Shown: positions 28,525 to 38,870, counted from the first letter of the stretch. The stretch: DNA of 64,000 bases from Acidimicrobiales bacterium (GCA_028285495.1 JANQPB010000026.1:1-64000), one strand, 5' to 3'. Numbers and translations are program-made. Notes: generated by a model not told the origin, from the letters alone.

Positions 28525-29193
28525 TCAGCTCTCCTCTCCCGAGTCGAGCCCGGCCAACGACGTGACCATCGCCGTGCCGTTCTCGATCTCCACCACGACG
28601 ACGGACGCTCCGACGTCGAACCGTTGCTCCATCCCGTCGTCGACGGGACGGGCGACCATGTAGTGCGGCTGCCCACCGAGATCGATCCGGACCCGTCCGG
28701 GATGCCCGTCGCCCATCGGCAGGACGACGACGCCCGGGCGACCCTCCAGGGTCCGATCGCTGATCTGTGAGGTGGCCTCGGAGCTGCGGACGAGGCCGAA
28801 CAGCACCGAGTTCGACACCGAGGCGAAGCCGCCGACCAGCGTCGAGGTGACGAACGTGAGGACCGAGCCGTAGTCGAGGGCGCTGAGCACCAGCCCGACC
28901 AGGCCGAAGAACGCGGTGAAGAACACGATCGTGCGGAACGAGACCAGGCTGGCGAAGATGGCGCCGAGCGGTCCGCCGCCGACGGCGTCGAACCCGCCGC
29001 CGGACTCGCCGTCGAGCTCGACGTCACCCCCGACGTCGACCTCGACCTCGACGTCGGCGTCGAGATCGAGCCCGCCGGCCTCCAGCTCGCCGCCCCCCTC
29101 GAAGTCGGCACCGCCGATGTCGAGGCCGCTGAGCAGCATCGGCACCAGGAAGATGCCGCCGAACAGCGCAGCCGCCGCATAGATCCAGATCAT
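28525..29193 (-). CDS. NfeD-like membrane protein (YqiJ-like partner of flotillin)
   Basis: TM helices plus C-terminal OB-fold-like segment GRPGVVVLPMGDGHPGRVRIDLGGQPHYMVARP; 1-nt spacing to flotillin gene; SD GAAGGGGGAG. Confidence 0.7.
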   Translation of the reverse strand: MIWIYAAAALFGGIFLVPMLLSGLDIGGADFEGGGELEAGGLDLDADVEVEVDVGGDVELDGESGGGFDAVGGGPLGAIFASLVSFRTIVFFTAFFGLVGLVLSALDYGSVLTFVTSTLVGGFASVSNSVLFGLVRSSEATSQISDRTLEGRPGVVVLPMGDGHPGRVRIDLGGQPHYMVARPVDDGMEQRFDVGASVVVVEIENGTAMVTSLAGLDSGEES

Positions 29194-29549
29194 GGCTCCC
29201 CCTTCGCTCCCCTCGCCCCGGACAGCACGGCGTCGACGCCGGATCGGACCGCGTCCCAATCGGCCTCCCAGGCGTACAGCACGTCACGGCCGAGGTCGGT
29301 TGCCGAGTAGACCTTCCTGGCCGGCCCGCTGTCGGACTCGACCAACTCGTGCTCGATCCGCCCACGCTCGGTCAACCGCTTGAGCACCAGGTAGACGCTG
29401 GCCTCGCTCGGGACGGCCAGCCCCCGCTCCTCGAGCTTCTGGATCAGGGCATAGCCGTAGATCGGCTCCTCGACGATCGACGCCAGGACGCACATGTCGA
29501 GCACGCCCTTGAGGATCTGTGAGTGATGCTGCTCGACCCGTGAGACCAC
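29190..29549 (-). CDS. PadR family transcriptional regulator
   Basis: GVLDMCVLASIVEEPIYGYALIQKLEERG..YLVLKRLTERGRIE winged-helix PadR signature; overlaps start of nfeD-like gene (operon). Confidence 0.9.
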   Translation of the reverse strand: MVSRVEQHHSQILKGVLDMCVLASIVEEPIYGYALIQKLEERGLAVPSEASVYLVLKRLTERGRIEHELVESDSGPARKVYSATDLGRDVLYAWEADWDAVRSGVDAVLSGARGAKGEP

Positions 29550-29718
29550 GTTGAGGGGTTCCTCCTGAACCGCCGACGACCGCTGTTCCGTACCGCTCCT
29601 GACGGCACCGACCCCAGGTTTCGAGCAAGTACGCGCCAGATAGCTTACAGAGCAAGGTACTATGGATTGCAGAGTAGGTCAAGTCCCGTCCGATACCACG
29701 AGCTGCCACACTGCTGCG

Positions 29719-30375
29719 ATGGACGAATCGGCTATCGCCCCGGCCGCGCCGACCAGGGTGCTCGACCTCGACCGCCAGCAGTGGGCGGCAGGGCTGAACC
29801 TGGCGGTCAAGGCGGCCCTGATCCTGTCGTTCGTCGTCGCGATCGGCTTCGAGCCGAGCACCGTCGAGGGCAAGGCGATGGGCTTCCGGGCGCCGCTGTT
29901 CCTGGCGCCGGCCATCCTGGTGCCGGTGCTGGCCCGCTGGCGGGGCTGGGACCCCTACCCCCACATCGGCGATGCCCTCGCCTCGGCGCCGTTCCTGATC
30001 GACACGCTCGGCAACCTCTTCGGGTTCTACGACGACTACCCGGTGACCGACGACGTGTTGCACGCCCTCAACTGGATCCTGCTGGTCGGGGCCTACCACG
30101 CCTTCCGCTTCCGCAACGTGCCCGACCGGCGGGATGCGATCCTGCTCGGCTACGGGTTCGGGGCGCTGGCCATCGTGTGGTGGGAGGCGATGGAGTGGGC
30201 GGTGTCCGAGGACGGCTTCGGCGGCGCCGGCGGGCTGTCGCTGACCTACGAGGACACGATCGGCGACCTCATCCTCTCCAGCACCGGCGGCCTGCTCGGC
30301 TCGATCCTCGGAGTGTGGCTGCTCGGTCCGCCGATCGCGGCCGCAGCTGGACGCCGGCAGTCGGTCAGCAGCTGA
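29719..30375 (+). CDS. integral membrane protein of unknown function
   Basis: 5-6 hydrophobic helices, divergent from padR operon; start at internal ATG 29719 (upstream part of ORF non-protein-like). Confidence 0.55.
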   Translation: MDESAIAPAAPTRVLDLDRQQWAAGLNLAVKAALILSFVVAIGFEPSTVEGKAMGFRAPLFLAPAILVPVLARWRGWDPYPHIGDALASAPFLIDTLGNLFGFYDDYPVTDDVLHALNWILLVGAYHAFRFRNVPDRRDAILLGYGFGALAIVWWEAMEWAVSEDGFGGAGGLSLTYEDTIGDLILSSTGGLLGSILGVWLLGPPIAAAAGRRQSVSS

Positions 30376-30384
30376 CGACCGGAC

Positions 30385-31731
30385 TCAGCTCCGCAGGGCG
30401 ACCGGCTGGCTGGTGAGGGTGCCGACGTGGAGGTCGGTCATCCACTCGGCCTCGCCGTCGCGGACCAGGCGCTCGAGCAGAGGCCGGCTGGCCAGCTCGG
30501 CGAAGACCGCCCGCAGCTCCCAGCGGGCCAGGTTGGCCCCGAGGCAGAAGTGGGCCCCGTGGCCGTAACCGACGTGGAAGTTGGGATGACGGCCGACGTC
30601 GAACCGGTACGGGTCGACGAACTGGCGCTCGTCCCGGTTGGCCGACGGGTACCACAGCCCGACGGTGTCGCCGGCCCGGATGTGCTGGCCGTGCAGCTCG
30701 ACGTCACGGGTGGCGGTGCGGGCGAACTGGATGACGGGACTGGTCCAGCGCACGATCTCCTCGACCGCCGGCTCGACGAACCGGTCGGGGTCGTCCCGGA
30801 GCCGGGCCAGCTCGGTCGGGTGGTCGAGCAGGGTCAACACGCCGCGACTGATCGCGTTGCGGGTGGTCTCGTTGCCCGCCGCGATCAGCAGGGCCAGGTA
30901 GCCGTGGAGCTGCTGCTGGGTCAGGGGACGGCGCTCGCCGTCCGGTCCGGCGACACCGGCCTCGACCAGCACGGTGGTGAGGCCGTCGCCAGGGAACGCC
31001 CGCTTCCTGGCGATCAGCGCCTCCAGGTACTCGAAGAACTCGACCCGCAGGCGGCGGCGCATGTCGGCCCTCGTCTCGCCGGGCTCGGCCCAGGCCATCG
31101 ACGGGGTGTCGAAGGCCGAGTCGGTCCAGCGGTGGATGTCGCTCCAGTCGTCGACGGGGAGGCCCATCAGCTCGCAGATCGTGGCCAGCGGCAACCCGAC
31201 GGCGAGGTCGTCGACCAGGTCGGCCCGACCGTCCGCCTCGAGCCGACGCTCGAAGCCGTCGACGAACCGCCTGGCCAAGCTCGCCAGCTCGCCGGCGACG
31301 GCTCGGCACCGCGACGGGGTGAAGGCCCTGGCGGTCAGCAGGCGGAACTCGGTGTGACGGGGGTCGTCGAGGTACACGAGGTCGTAGGGCTCGTCAGGAT
31401 CCCAGCCGTAGCGGGCGTCGCGCTTGGCCTTGACCTCCCACAGCCGACGGTCGTGGGCCTCGCTGGCCAGTCGGAGGCGCGGACCGCCGTTGATGAACGT
31501 CTCGTCGTCGGCACCGATCCGCTTGACGTCCTCGTAGCGGGTGATGGCCCAGAACGGTGCGATCCCGTCGCGCTCGTACCAGTACGCCGGCGCCTCGTCC
31601 CGCAGCAGGTCCCAGTCGGCCCAGGGGTAGCCCTCGGCCTCGTAGCGGTCGATGTCGTGGATGTCGACGTCGTCGAGCCGGCCGGTCGGCCGGACGGTGG
31701 TCACGCGTGCTCCGGTGACGCTCTCGGTCAT
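30385..31731 (-). CDS. cytochrome P450
   Basis: Heme-binding loop FGYGHGAHFCLGANLAR, EXXR (ETTR), AGNETT I-helix motif. Confidence 0.9.
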   Translation of the reverse strand: MTESVTGARVTTVRPTGRLDDVDIHDIDRYEAEGYPWADWDLLRDEAPAYWYERDGIAPFWAITRYEDVKRIGADDETFINGGPRLRLASEAHDRRLWEVKAKRDARYGWDPDEPYDLVYLDDPRHTEFRLLTARAFTPSRCRAVAGELASLARRFVDGFERRLEADGRADLVDDLAVGLPLATICELMGLPVDDWSDIHRWTDSAFDTPSMAWAEPGETRADMRRRLRVEFFEYLEALIARKRAFPGDGLTTVLVEAGVAGPDGERRPLTQQQLHGYLALLIAAGNETTRNAISRGVLTLLDHPTELARLRDDPDRFVEPAVEEIVRWTSPVIQFARTATRDVELHGQHIRAGDTVGLWYPSANRDERQFVDPYRFDVGRHPNFHVGYGHGAHFCLGANLARWELRAVFAELASRPLLERLVRDGEAEWMTDLHVGTLTSQPVALRS

Positions 31732-31817
31732 GGCCCCCAAAACCCCCTCGGAAACCGTCTCGTCTCGTCGATGCCAAGGCTAGTGAGCGCGGCCGGTCCG
31801 GATCGAAACGGCGAGGG

Positions 31818-33935
31818 TCAGCGGTCGTCGGCCGCGGCGGACGTCCGGCCGAGCTCACCCCGGATCTCGGCGCCGTGCTCGTCGAGGGTCGGGGCACGGC
31901 CGGGTGCCGGGCCGGCGCCGCCGACCAGCTGCCCGAACACGGTCAGCCTCCCGAACGCCGCCGACTCCTGCTCGACCACCAGGCCGTTGGCGGCGGCCAG
32001 GGCCGAGGCCGTCAGGCCATGGGTCTCGACGTCCACCTCGTGCCGACCGCTCCGCCACCGCGGGCGCCCGTCGTCGCCATCGAACCAGGTGTCGTCGCCG
32101 CTTCCCGGGTGGTCGAACCCGCCCTGCTCGGCGGCCGGCCGGCCGTCGTAGCGGGTGAACTCGGCGGCCTGGGCCACCATCGTGCTCTGGATCAGCGACG
32201 TTCGGACGTGCTGGCCCCGCCCGCCCCCGGCCGGCGAGCGGCCGCGCTGCCACCAGCCGAGGACCACCCCGAACGCACCGATCAGCGGGGTGGTCACGTC
32301 GTGCACCGGCACGCTGAGGAAGACCGGCTCACCGCCGTCCTGGCCGACGCCGCCCTGGGCCGCCATCATGCCCCCCAGGGCCTGCACGAGCGGGTCGAAG
32401 GCGGCCCGATCGGCCATCGACTCGTCGAGCCCGTAGCCGGGCGACGACAGGAACACGAGGTCGGGGTTGACCGCCCGCAGGGTGGCCTCGTCGCAGCCGA
32501 GGCGCTCGCTGACCCCGGGCCGGAAGTTCTCGATCACCGCGTCGGCCGACGCCACCAGCCGGTGCAGCTCGGCCCGGCCGGCGTCGCTGTTGAGGTCGAT
32601 GGCGATGCTGCGCTTGCCCTGGTTCCACGAGAGGAACAGGGGGCCGATGCCCCGGAACGGGTCGCCGGTCGGGGCCTCGACCTTGATCACCTCGGCCCCG
32701 AGCATGGCCAGGTGGCGGCTGACCACCGGCCCGGCGATGAACGACGAGAGGTCGACGACCCGCAATCCCCGCAGGGGTGACTCGGACGTGTCGCCGCCGC
32801 CGTCGGCGGGCTCGGGCGCCCGGTCGCGTCGGTCGGCCCAGTCGGCCAGCACCTCGTCGGTGTGACCGCCGAGTGGCGGGGCCGGGGCGGCGACGGCGCC
32901 GGGCGCCGACTCGACCGTGACCGGGAGGCCCATCATCTCGACCGGCCCCAGCTCGGGGTGCTCGACGGTGACGAGCATGTCGTTGGCCGCCACGAGCGAG
33001 GTCCGGAGGAACTCGTCGCGGCTCAGCACCGGCTGGGCCGGCACGTCGGCCTCGGCCAGCACTCGCAGCCACTCGTCGCGGGGCCGCGTGGCGAAGGCCT
33101 CGTCGAGGATCGGGGTGATCCGGGCGATCGCCTCGTCCTCGAGCAAACCCCACGGAGGGTTGGCCAGCAGCGGGTCGTCGAGCAGGTCCGGCCGACCGAT
33201 CACGTCGAGCATCCGGGTGTAGAAGCGGGCGGTGCCGCAGGCCAGGAAGAACCACCGGCCGTCGCCGGCCTCGATCAGGCGGTAGCAGGCCACCCGGCCC
33301 TTCGACCCCAACCCCGACACGGCGGTGCGGGGCTCGCCGTCGCCGGCAAGGCGGAACTCGCCCAGTTGCATGGCCGCGGCGCCGGCCACCTCCGAAACCT
33401 CGTAGGTCGGGGCGACGCCCCGGCTGCGTCGGACCAGCAGGCCGGCTGCGGCGGCCAGCGCCCCCAGCACCCCGGCGCCGTAGGAGGCGACCGGGATCAC
33501 GACGTCGACCGGCGTCTCGCCGTACGACTGCTGGTTCCAGGCGATCCCGGTGGCGGCGTGCAGCAGGGTCCGGCCGATCGGGTCGCCGACCTTCGGCCCC
33601 CGCTCGCCCCACGGCGGCATGGTCACGATCACCGCCGCCGGGTTGGCCGCCCGCAGCCGCTCGGCCTGGCCGGCCCGGTCGACGATCACCACGTCGGCGG
33701 CCGGCACCAGCTCGTCGAGCACGCGCCGCCGATCCAGCACCGCCGAGCGCTTGTTGCGGTTGACGGTCTGGAAGCCGGGGTCGCTCCGGTAGGGGTCGCC
33801 ACCGGCGGGCTCGGCCTTCACCACGTCCGCTCCCTGGTCGCCCAGGAACATGGCGGCGAAGGGCCCGGCGATGCCGGTGGCCGCGTCGAGAACCCGGACC
33901 CCGACGAGGGGACCGCTCGATCCGGGGATCGGCAC
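31818..33935 (-). CDS. family III CoA-transferase (CaiB/BaiF), tandem duplicated/fused two-module protein
   Basis: Two repeats of LxGxRVxD(L/A)..GP..(A/S)..LxxxGAxVIKVE signature (LVGVRVLDAATGIAGPF.. and LRGLRVVDLSSFIAGPV..). Confidence 0.85.
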   Translation of the reverse strand: MPIPGSSGPLVGVRVLDAATGIAGPFAAMFLGDQGADVVKAEPAGGDPYRSDPGFQTVNRNKRSAVLDRRRVLDELVPAADVVIVDRAGQAERLRAANPAAVIVTMPPWGERGPKVGDPIGRTLLHAATGIAWNQQSYGETPVDVVIPVASYGAGVLGALAAAAGLLVRRSRGVAPTYEVSEVAGAAAMQLGEFRLAGDGEPRTAVSGLGSKGRVACYRLIEAGDGRWFFLACGTARFYTRMLDVIGRPDLLDDPLLANPPWGLLEDEAIARITPILDEAFATRPRDEWLRVLAEADVPAQPVLSRDEFLRTSLVAANDMLVTVEHPELGPVEMMGLPVTVESAPGAVAAPAPPLGGHTDEVLADWADRRDRAPEPADGGGDTSESPLRGLRVVDLSSFIAGPVVSRHLAMLGAEVIKVEAPTGDPFRGIGPLFLSWNQGKRSIAIDLNSDAGRAELHRLVASADAVIENFRPGVSERLGCDEATLRAVNPDLVFLSSPGYGLDESMADRAAFDPLVQALGGMMAAQGGVGQDGGEPVFLSVPVHDVTTPLIGAFGVVLGWWQRGRSPAGGGRGQHVRTSLIQSTMVAQAAEFTRYDGRPAAEQGGFDHPGSGDDTWFDGDDGRPRWRSGRHEVDVETHGLTASALAAANGLVVEQESAAFGRLTVFGQLVGGAGPAPGRAPTLDEHGAEIRGELGRTSAAADDR

Positions 33936-34022
33936 CGGCGTTCGTCCGTCATCGCTGTCCAGGAACCGAAGCGTACGAGGACCCTTTCCTCACCTCAATT
34001 CCCGGCGGGTAGGGTTGCGGCC

Positions 34023-35390
34023 GTGGACTCCCGCATCGTCGTGGTCGCCAACCGACTCCCGGTCCGGTGGGTCGAAGACCGCTGGGAGACCAGCCCAGGC
34101 GGTCTGGTCCGGGCCCTGGTCCCCATCCTCGAGGAGCGCAAGGGCGCCTGGGTCGGCTGGGGTGGCGTCGCCGGGGAGACGATCGAGCCGTTCGGCCACG
34201 CCGGGATCGAGCAGATCCCGGTGCCGCTGTCGACCGACGACATCGACGACTTCTACTTCGGGTTCTGCAACGGCACGCTGTGGCCGCTGTACCACGACGC
34301 GATCGCCAGCCCCGACTTCCACCGCCACTGGTGGCGGGCCTACGAGCGGGTCAACCGCCGCTACGCCGAGGCGGTGGCCGAGGTGCTCGACCCCGAGGGC
34401 ATCGCCTGGGTCCAGGATTACCAGCTCCAGCTCGCCCCCGGCTTCATCCGCAACCTGGTGCCGTCGGCCAAGATCGGCTTCTATCTGCACATCCCCTGGC
34501 CACCGGTCGAGCTCTTCTCCCGACTCCCGTGGCGGGCCGAGATCCTGCGGGGCCTGGTGGCGGCCGACGTGGTGGCCTTCCAGACCAGGCGGAGCGCCGA
34601 GAACTTCACCCGCTGCGTCCGTCGCTACCTCGGCGGGGTGCCGAAGGCCCAGGGCACGATCGACGTCGGCGGGCGGACGGTCCGGGTCCAGCGGGCCCCC
34701 ATCGGGATCGACGTCGACGAGTTCCGCCAGCTGGCTGCCTCGCCCGAGATCCAGGATCGGGCGCGACGGCTGCGGGAGGACCTCGGCAAGCCGGAGAAGC
34801 TCATCCTCGGGGTCGACCGGCTCGACTACACCAAGGGCATCGACGTCCGGCTCAAGGCGGTCGACACACTCCTGGCGATGTCGGCCGACCGCCCCGACCG
34901 CTACGCCTTCGTCCAGGTGGCCGTGCCGACCCGCGAGGAGGTGCCCGCCTACAAGGACCTCAGGGAGCGGGTCGAGGGCATGGTCGGCCGGATCAACGGC
35001 GAGTACGCCAGACCGGGCTGGTCGCCGATCCACTACCTGCACCGGTCGATCCCGCTCCACGACCTCGTCACCTACTACGTCGCCGCCGACATCATGCTGG
35101 TGACCCCCCTTCGCGACGGGATGAACCTGGTGGCCAAGGAATACGTGGCCTGCCGCCCGGACAACGACGGCGTGCTCATCCTCAGCGAGTTCGCCGGGGC
35201 GGCCGAGAACATGCGGTCGGCCCTCCTGGTCAACCCCCACGACGTCGACCAGGTGGCCACCACGCTGCAGAACGCGGTCGAGATGGAGCCGGAAGAGATC
35301 GAGTCACGAATGCGCTCGCTGAAGAAGACGGTGAAGCGGGAAGACGTCTACCGCTGGGCCCGCGTCTGCCTGTCGGCCCTGGAGGCATGA
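34023..35390 (+). CDS. otsA: alpha,alpha-trehalose-phosphate synthase (UDP-forming)
   Basis: [10 protein letters not shown].., [17 protein letters not shown]20 family; GTG start at 34023; the 842-aa track ORF includes antisense of upstream gene. Confidence 0.9.
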   Translation: MDSRIVVVANRLPVRWVEDRWETSPGGLVRALVPILEERKGAWVGWGGVAGETIEPFGHAGIEQIPVPLSTDDIDDFYFGFCNGTLWPLYHDAIASPDFHRHWWRAYERVNRRYAEAVAEVLDPEGIAWVQDYQLQLAPGFIRNLVPSAKIGFYLHIPWPPVELFSRLPWRAEILRGLVAADVVAFQTRRSAENFTRCVRRYLGGVPKAQGTIDVGGRTVRVQRAPIGIDVDEFRQLAASPEIQDRARRLREDLGKPEKLILGVDRLDYTKGIDVRLKAVDTLLAMSADRPDRYAFVQVAVPTREEVPAYKDLRERVEGMVGRINGEYARPGWSPIHYLHRSIPLHDLVTYYVAADIMLVTPLRDGMNLVAKEYVACRPDNDGVLILSEFAGAAENMRSALLVNPHDVDQVATTLQNAVEMEPEEIESRMRSLKKTVKREDVYRWARVCLSALEA

Positions 35391-36166
35391 GCACCGTCCC
35401 GCCGGGCGCCCGCCAGCCGGAGCCCACCGACATCGACGAGGCCACCCTGACCAACCTGGCATCGACGCCGAGGCTGCTGGTGGCCAGCGACTTCGACGGG
35501 GTGCTGTCGCCGATCGTCGACGACCCGATGCGGTCGTTCCCGATTCCGGCCTCGATCGAGGCCCTGGCCCGCCTGGCCGAGCGTCCCGACACCGACGTGG
35601 CCATCGTCTCGGGTCGGGAGCGGAGCCGGCTGCAGCTGCTGGTCCCCGAACCGGAGCGGTTCACGCTGGTCGGATCGCACGGGGCGGAGCTCGACGGGAT
35701 CGACGTCGACGAAGGCGACCGCCGCCGGCTCGAGCGCCTCACCGGCGACCTGCGGGCACTCGGTGAGCGGTTCGATGGGTTCTTCGTCGAGGCCAAGGCC
35801 CTGTCGGTGGCCGCCCACTTCCGGCGGATCGCCACCGGTCGCCGGGACGAGGCGATCGCCGCCGTCGATCGGCTGATCGAGCGCTGGCCGGCCAAGGTGG
35901 TGACCGGCAAGGAGGTCGTCGAGTTCACGATCGGCACCGCCGACAAGGGCGACGCCGTCGTCGCCCTTCGCGATCGGACGGCGGCCACCGTGACCGTCTA
36001 CCTGGGCGACGACGTGACCGACGAGGATGCCTTCGCCGCCCTCGACCCCGGCGACGTCGGTATCAAGATCGGTCCCGGGCCGACGGCGGCCACCCACCGC
36101 CTCGATGCGCCGGCCGCGGTGACCACATTCCTGTCCGCTCTGGCGGAACGGCGGTGCCGAACCTGA
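35387..36166 (+). CDS. otsB: trehalose-phosphatase (HAD family)
   Basis: HAD motif I LVASDFDGVLS, K-G-D motif TADKGDAV, GDDVTDEDAF motif III; ATGA overlap with otsA. Confidence 0.85.
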   Translation: MSTVPPGARQPEPTDIDEATLTNLASTPRLLVASDFDGVLSPIVDDPMRSFPIPASIEALARLAERPDTDVAIVSGRERSRLQLLVPEPERFTLVGSHGAELDGIDVDEGDRRRLERLTGDLRALGERFDGFFVEAKALSVAAHFRRIATGRRDEAIAAVDRLIERWPAKVVTGKEVVEFTIGTADKGDAVVALRDRTAATVTVYLGDDVTDEDAFAALDPGDVGIKIGPGPTAATHRLDAPAAVTTFLSALAERRCRT

Positions 36167-36271
36167 CCGCCGGGTGGCGATGGCCAGCGGCCGCCGACCG
36201 GGCGGTCCCCGACGCAGCTTGCCTCGCTGGCCTGACGCTGTCAGGCTGATCGAGGACGCGAGAGGAGCGGC

Positions 36272-37777
36272 ATGACCGACACCGACACGACCACGCTCAG
36301 CGAACCGACACCGCCGGTCGAGCACGTCGACGTCCTGATCGTCGGCGCCGGCATCTCCGGCATCGGCGGGGCCTACCACCTGCGCCAGCAGTGCCCGGAC
36401 AAGACCTTCACGATCCTCGAGACGATGGACGGCTTCGGTGGGACCTGGCGGACCCACACCTACCCGGGGATCCGGTCCGACTCCGACCTCTACACCTTCG
36501 GCTACCGGTTCAAGCCGTGGACCGGGGCCCCGATCGCCACCGCCGAGAAGATCCTGACCTACATGGGCGAGGTTATCGACGAGCACGACCTCGACCGCCA
36601 CATCCGCTACAACCACACGATCGAGCGGGCCGAGTGGTCGGCCGACGAGCAGCGCTGGACGCTCTCGGTCACCAGGACCGACACCGACGAGCGGCTGCGC
36701 TTCACCTGCGACTTCCTGTGGATGTGCCAGGGCTACTACCGCCACGCCGAGGGCTACACCCCGACCTGGGATGGCATGGACCGGTTCACCGGCCCGATCG
36801 TCCACCCCCAGACCTGGCCGGACGACCTCGACTACGCCGGCAAGCGGGTGGTCGTCATCGGGTCGGGTGCCACCGCCGCCACCATCATCCCGGCCATGGC
36901 CGCCGAGGCCGGCCACATCACGATGCTGCAGCGCTCCCCCACCTACTTCGCCACGGGCCGCAACGCCAACGAGCTGGCCGACACGCTGCGCGAGCTGGAG
37001 ATCGACGAGACCTGGATCCACGAGATCGTGCGCCGCAAGATCCTCTTCGACCAGTCGCAGATCACGACGATGTCGGCCCAGCACCCCGACCTCGTCAAGG
37101 CGGAGCTGGCCAACGGCATCAAGGAGATCCTGGGCGAGGACTACCCGCTCGACCCCGACTTCACCCCGACCTACCGACCCTGGCGCCAGCGGATCGCGTT
37201 CGTGCCGGACGGCGACCTGTTCCACGCCATCGCCGACGGCAAGGCGTCGGTCGTCACCGACCAGATCGAGACGTTCACCGAGACCGGCGTCCAACTGACC
37301 TCGGGTGAGCACCTCGACGCCGACCTCATCATCACCGCGACCGGCTTCAACCTGAGCGTGCTCGGCGACATCGAGTTCGTGATCGACGGGGAGCCCCTCG
37401 ACTTCAGCCGGACCGTCGGCTACCGGGCGATGATGTTCACCGGCGTGCCGAACATGGCCTGGGTCTTCGGCTACTTCCGGGCCAGCTGGACCCTCCGGGC
37501 CGACCTGGTCGCCGACTTCGTGTGCCGGCTGCTCACCCACATGGACGAGCTCGGCGCCCGCACCGTCGTGCCCGAGCTGCGGCCCGACGACGCCGACATG
37601 GCCATCGGGCCATGGGTCGACGACGACAACTTCAACCCGGGCTACCTGATGCGGTCGCTCCACCTGCTGCCGAGGCAGGGCGACCGCCAGCCGTGGCTCC
37701 ACACGCAGGACTACATGACCGACAAGGACGAGCTGCCCGCCGCCGACCTCGACGACGGGGCGCTCGTCTTCAAGTAG
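36272..37777 (+). CDS. flavin-containing Baeyer-Villiger-type monooxygenase
   Basis: FAD GxGxxG (VLIVGAGISGIGGA), BVMO fingerprint FTGPIVHPQTWP (FxGxxxHxxxW), NADP GxGxxA (VVIGSGATAA). Confidence 0.9.
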   Translation: MTDTDTTTLSEPTPPVEHVDVLIVGAGISGIGGAYHLRQQCPDKTFTILETMDGFGGTWRTHTYPGIRSDSDLYTFGYRFKPWTGAPIATAEKILTYMGEVIDEHDLDRHIRYNHTIERAEWSADEQRWTLSVTRTDTDERLRFTCDFLWMCQGYYRHAEGYTPTWDGMDRFTGPIVHPQTWPDDLDYAGKRVVVIGSGATAATIIPAMAAEAGHITMLQRSPTYFATGRNANELADTLRELEIDETWIHEIVRRKILFDQSQITTMSAQHPDLVKAELANGIKEILGEDYPLDPDFTPTYRPWRQRIAFVPDGDLFHAIADGKASVVTDQIETFTETGVQLTSGEHLDADLIITATGFNLSVLGDIEFVIDGEPLDFSRTVGYRAMMFTGVPNMAWVFGYFRASWTLRADLVADFVCRLLTHMDELGARTVVPELRPDDADMAIGPWVDDDNFNPGYLMRSLHLLPRQGDRQPWLHTQDYMTDKDELPAADLDDGALVFK

Positions 37778-37795
37778 CCGGCACCGGGCGACGGC

Positions 37796-38278
37796 CTACG
37801 GCTGGAGCGCAGCCACGTCGGCCGCGATCTCCTCCGGCGTGGTCATCGGCTCGTAGCGGGCGACGACCTTGCCGTCGCCGTCGACGAGGAACTTGGTGAA
37901 GTTCCAGGCGATGTCGGACGTCGCCCCCTCCCCCGGCTGCTCGGACCGCAGCCACCGGTAGAGGGGTGCGGCCCCGTCGCCGTTGACCTCGATCTTGGCG
38001 AACATCGGGAACGTCACCCCGTAGGTCGAGGTGGCGAACTCGAGGATCTCCTCGTTGGTGCCGGGCTCCTGGTCACGGAACTGGTTGCAGGGGAAGGCCA
38101 ACACGTTGAAGCCGGCCTCGTTGTGCTCGTCGTGGAGGGTACGCAGACCTGCGTACTGGGGGGTCAGGCCTCAACGGCTGGCGACGTTGACCACCAGCGA
38201 GGCGTTGCCCCGGTAGGTGGCGAAGTCGACCTGATCGCCGTTGATGTCGTCCATGACGAAATCGAAGAAGCTGGTCAT
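37796..38278 (-). CDS. gpx: glutathione peroxidase, putative selenoprotein (in-frame TGA at the catalytic Cys/Sec position)
   Basis: N-terminal 35 codons MTSFFDFVMDDINGDQVDFATYRGNASLVVNVASR-TGA-GLTPQY.. continue in frame into ORF 37796..38104 (..LAFPCNQF..WNFTKFLVD). TGA (~38171-38173) sits exactly where GPx has NVAS(K/R)[C/U]G(L/F)T. Coordinates given in ORF-track frame (my row indexing may be off by 1). Confidence 0.75.
38138..38158 (-). promoter_or_regulatory. bacterial SECIS-like hairpin downstream of the gpx UGA
   Basis: mRNA: UGA-GGCCUGACCCCC-CAGUACGCAGGUCUGCGUACC; perfect stem GUACGC/GCGUAC with apex GCAGGUCUGC, identical to the apical loop of E. coli fdhF SECIS; spacing ~12 nt from UGA. 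Confidence 0.55.
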
Positions 38279-38350
38279 GGGCCGCACCCTAGCCCGTCCC
38301 GGCCGGCACCCCAGGGGTGACGGGGCCCGGGACGGTGGCGCACGGCCCGG

Positions 38351-38728
38351 TCAACCGGGGACCGTGTCGAGGCGCAGGACCTCGTCGACCCGGAGCAGGG
38401 CCGGTGGCCGGCCGGTGCCGGACGGTAGCTCGCCCCAAGCCTCGTCGCCGACCAGAACCCGCGGGTTGGTCAGCTCGCGGGCGACACCGTCGATCGTCAG
38501 CGTGGCCCGGCCGGCGGTGCACACGTTCTTGACCCAGTCGGTCGCCTCGGCGCCGTAGACGAGCACGACGGCGTAGCCGCCCTCGACGGGGATCGCCTCG
38601 ACCGGTGTGCGGTAGACGGTGCCGGAGAGCCGGCCGACATGGGTCAGGACCGGGCGGTCCCCCTTGGCCAGCTCCCGGCGGTTGAACGTGTACTTGTTGA
38701 TGTGGCGCATGAAGCTCGGCATCGGCAC
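38351..38728 (-). CDS. deazaflavin (F420)-dependent nitroreductase family protein (Ddn/DUF385-like)
   Basis: MNxFNRR..GGxxxVLLTHxGRKSGxxxxTPV..YVVVxSxGG..DWxxN-type motif pattern of PNPOx-like F420H2 reductases. Confidence 0.8.
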   Translation of the reverse strand: MPMPSFMRHINKYTFNRRELAKGDRPVLTHVGRLSGTVYRTPVEAIPVEGGYAVVLVYGAEATDWVKNVCTAGRATLTIDGVARELTNPRVLVGDEAWGELPSGTGRPPALLRVDEVLRLDTVPG

Positions 38729-38870
38729 GGTGAGCTCCTCCTGATCGTGTGATGTCCGTTCACCAGGAGCCTGACCGTCGGCGCTGGTCCCCCGGTCGAC
38801 CGCGGGTCGAGCCGCGGTCGAGCGGCGCCGATCCGCTGGCTACGGTTGCGGGATGGGACATGAGGAACGG

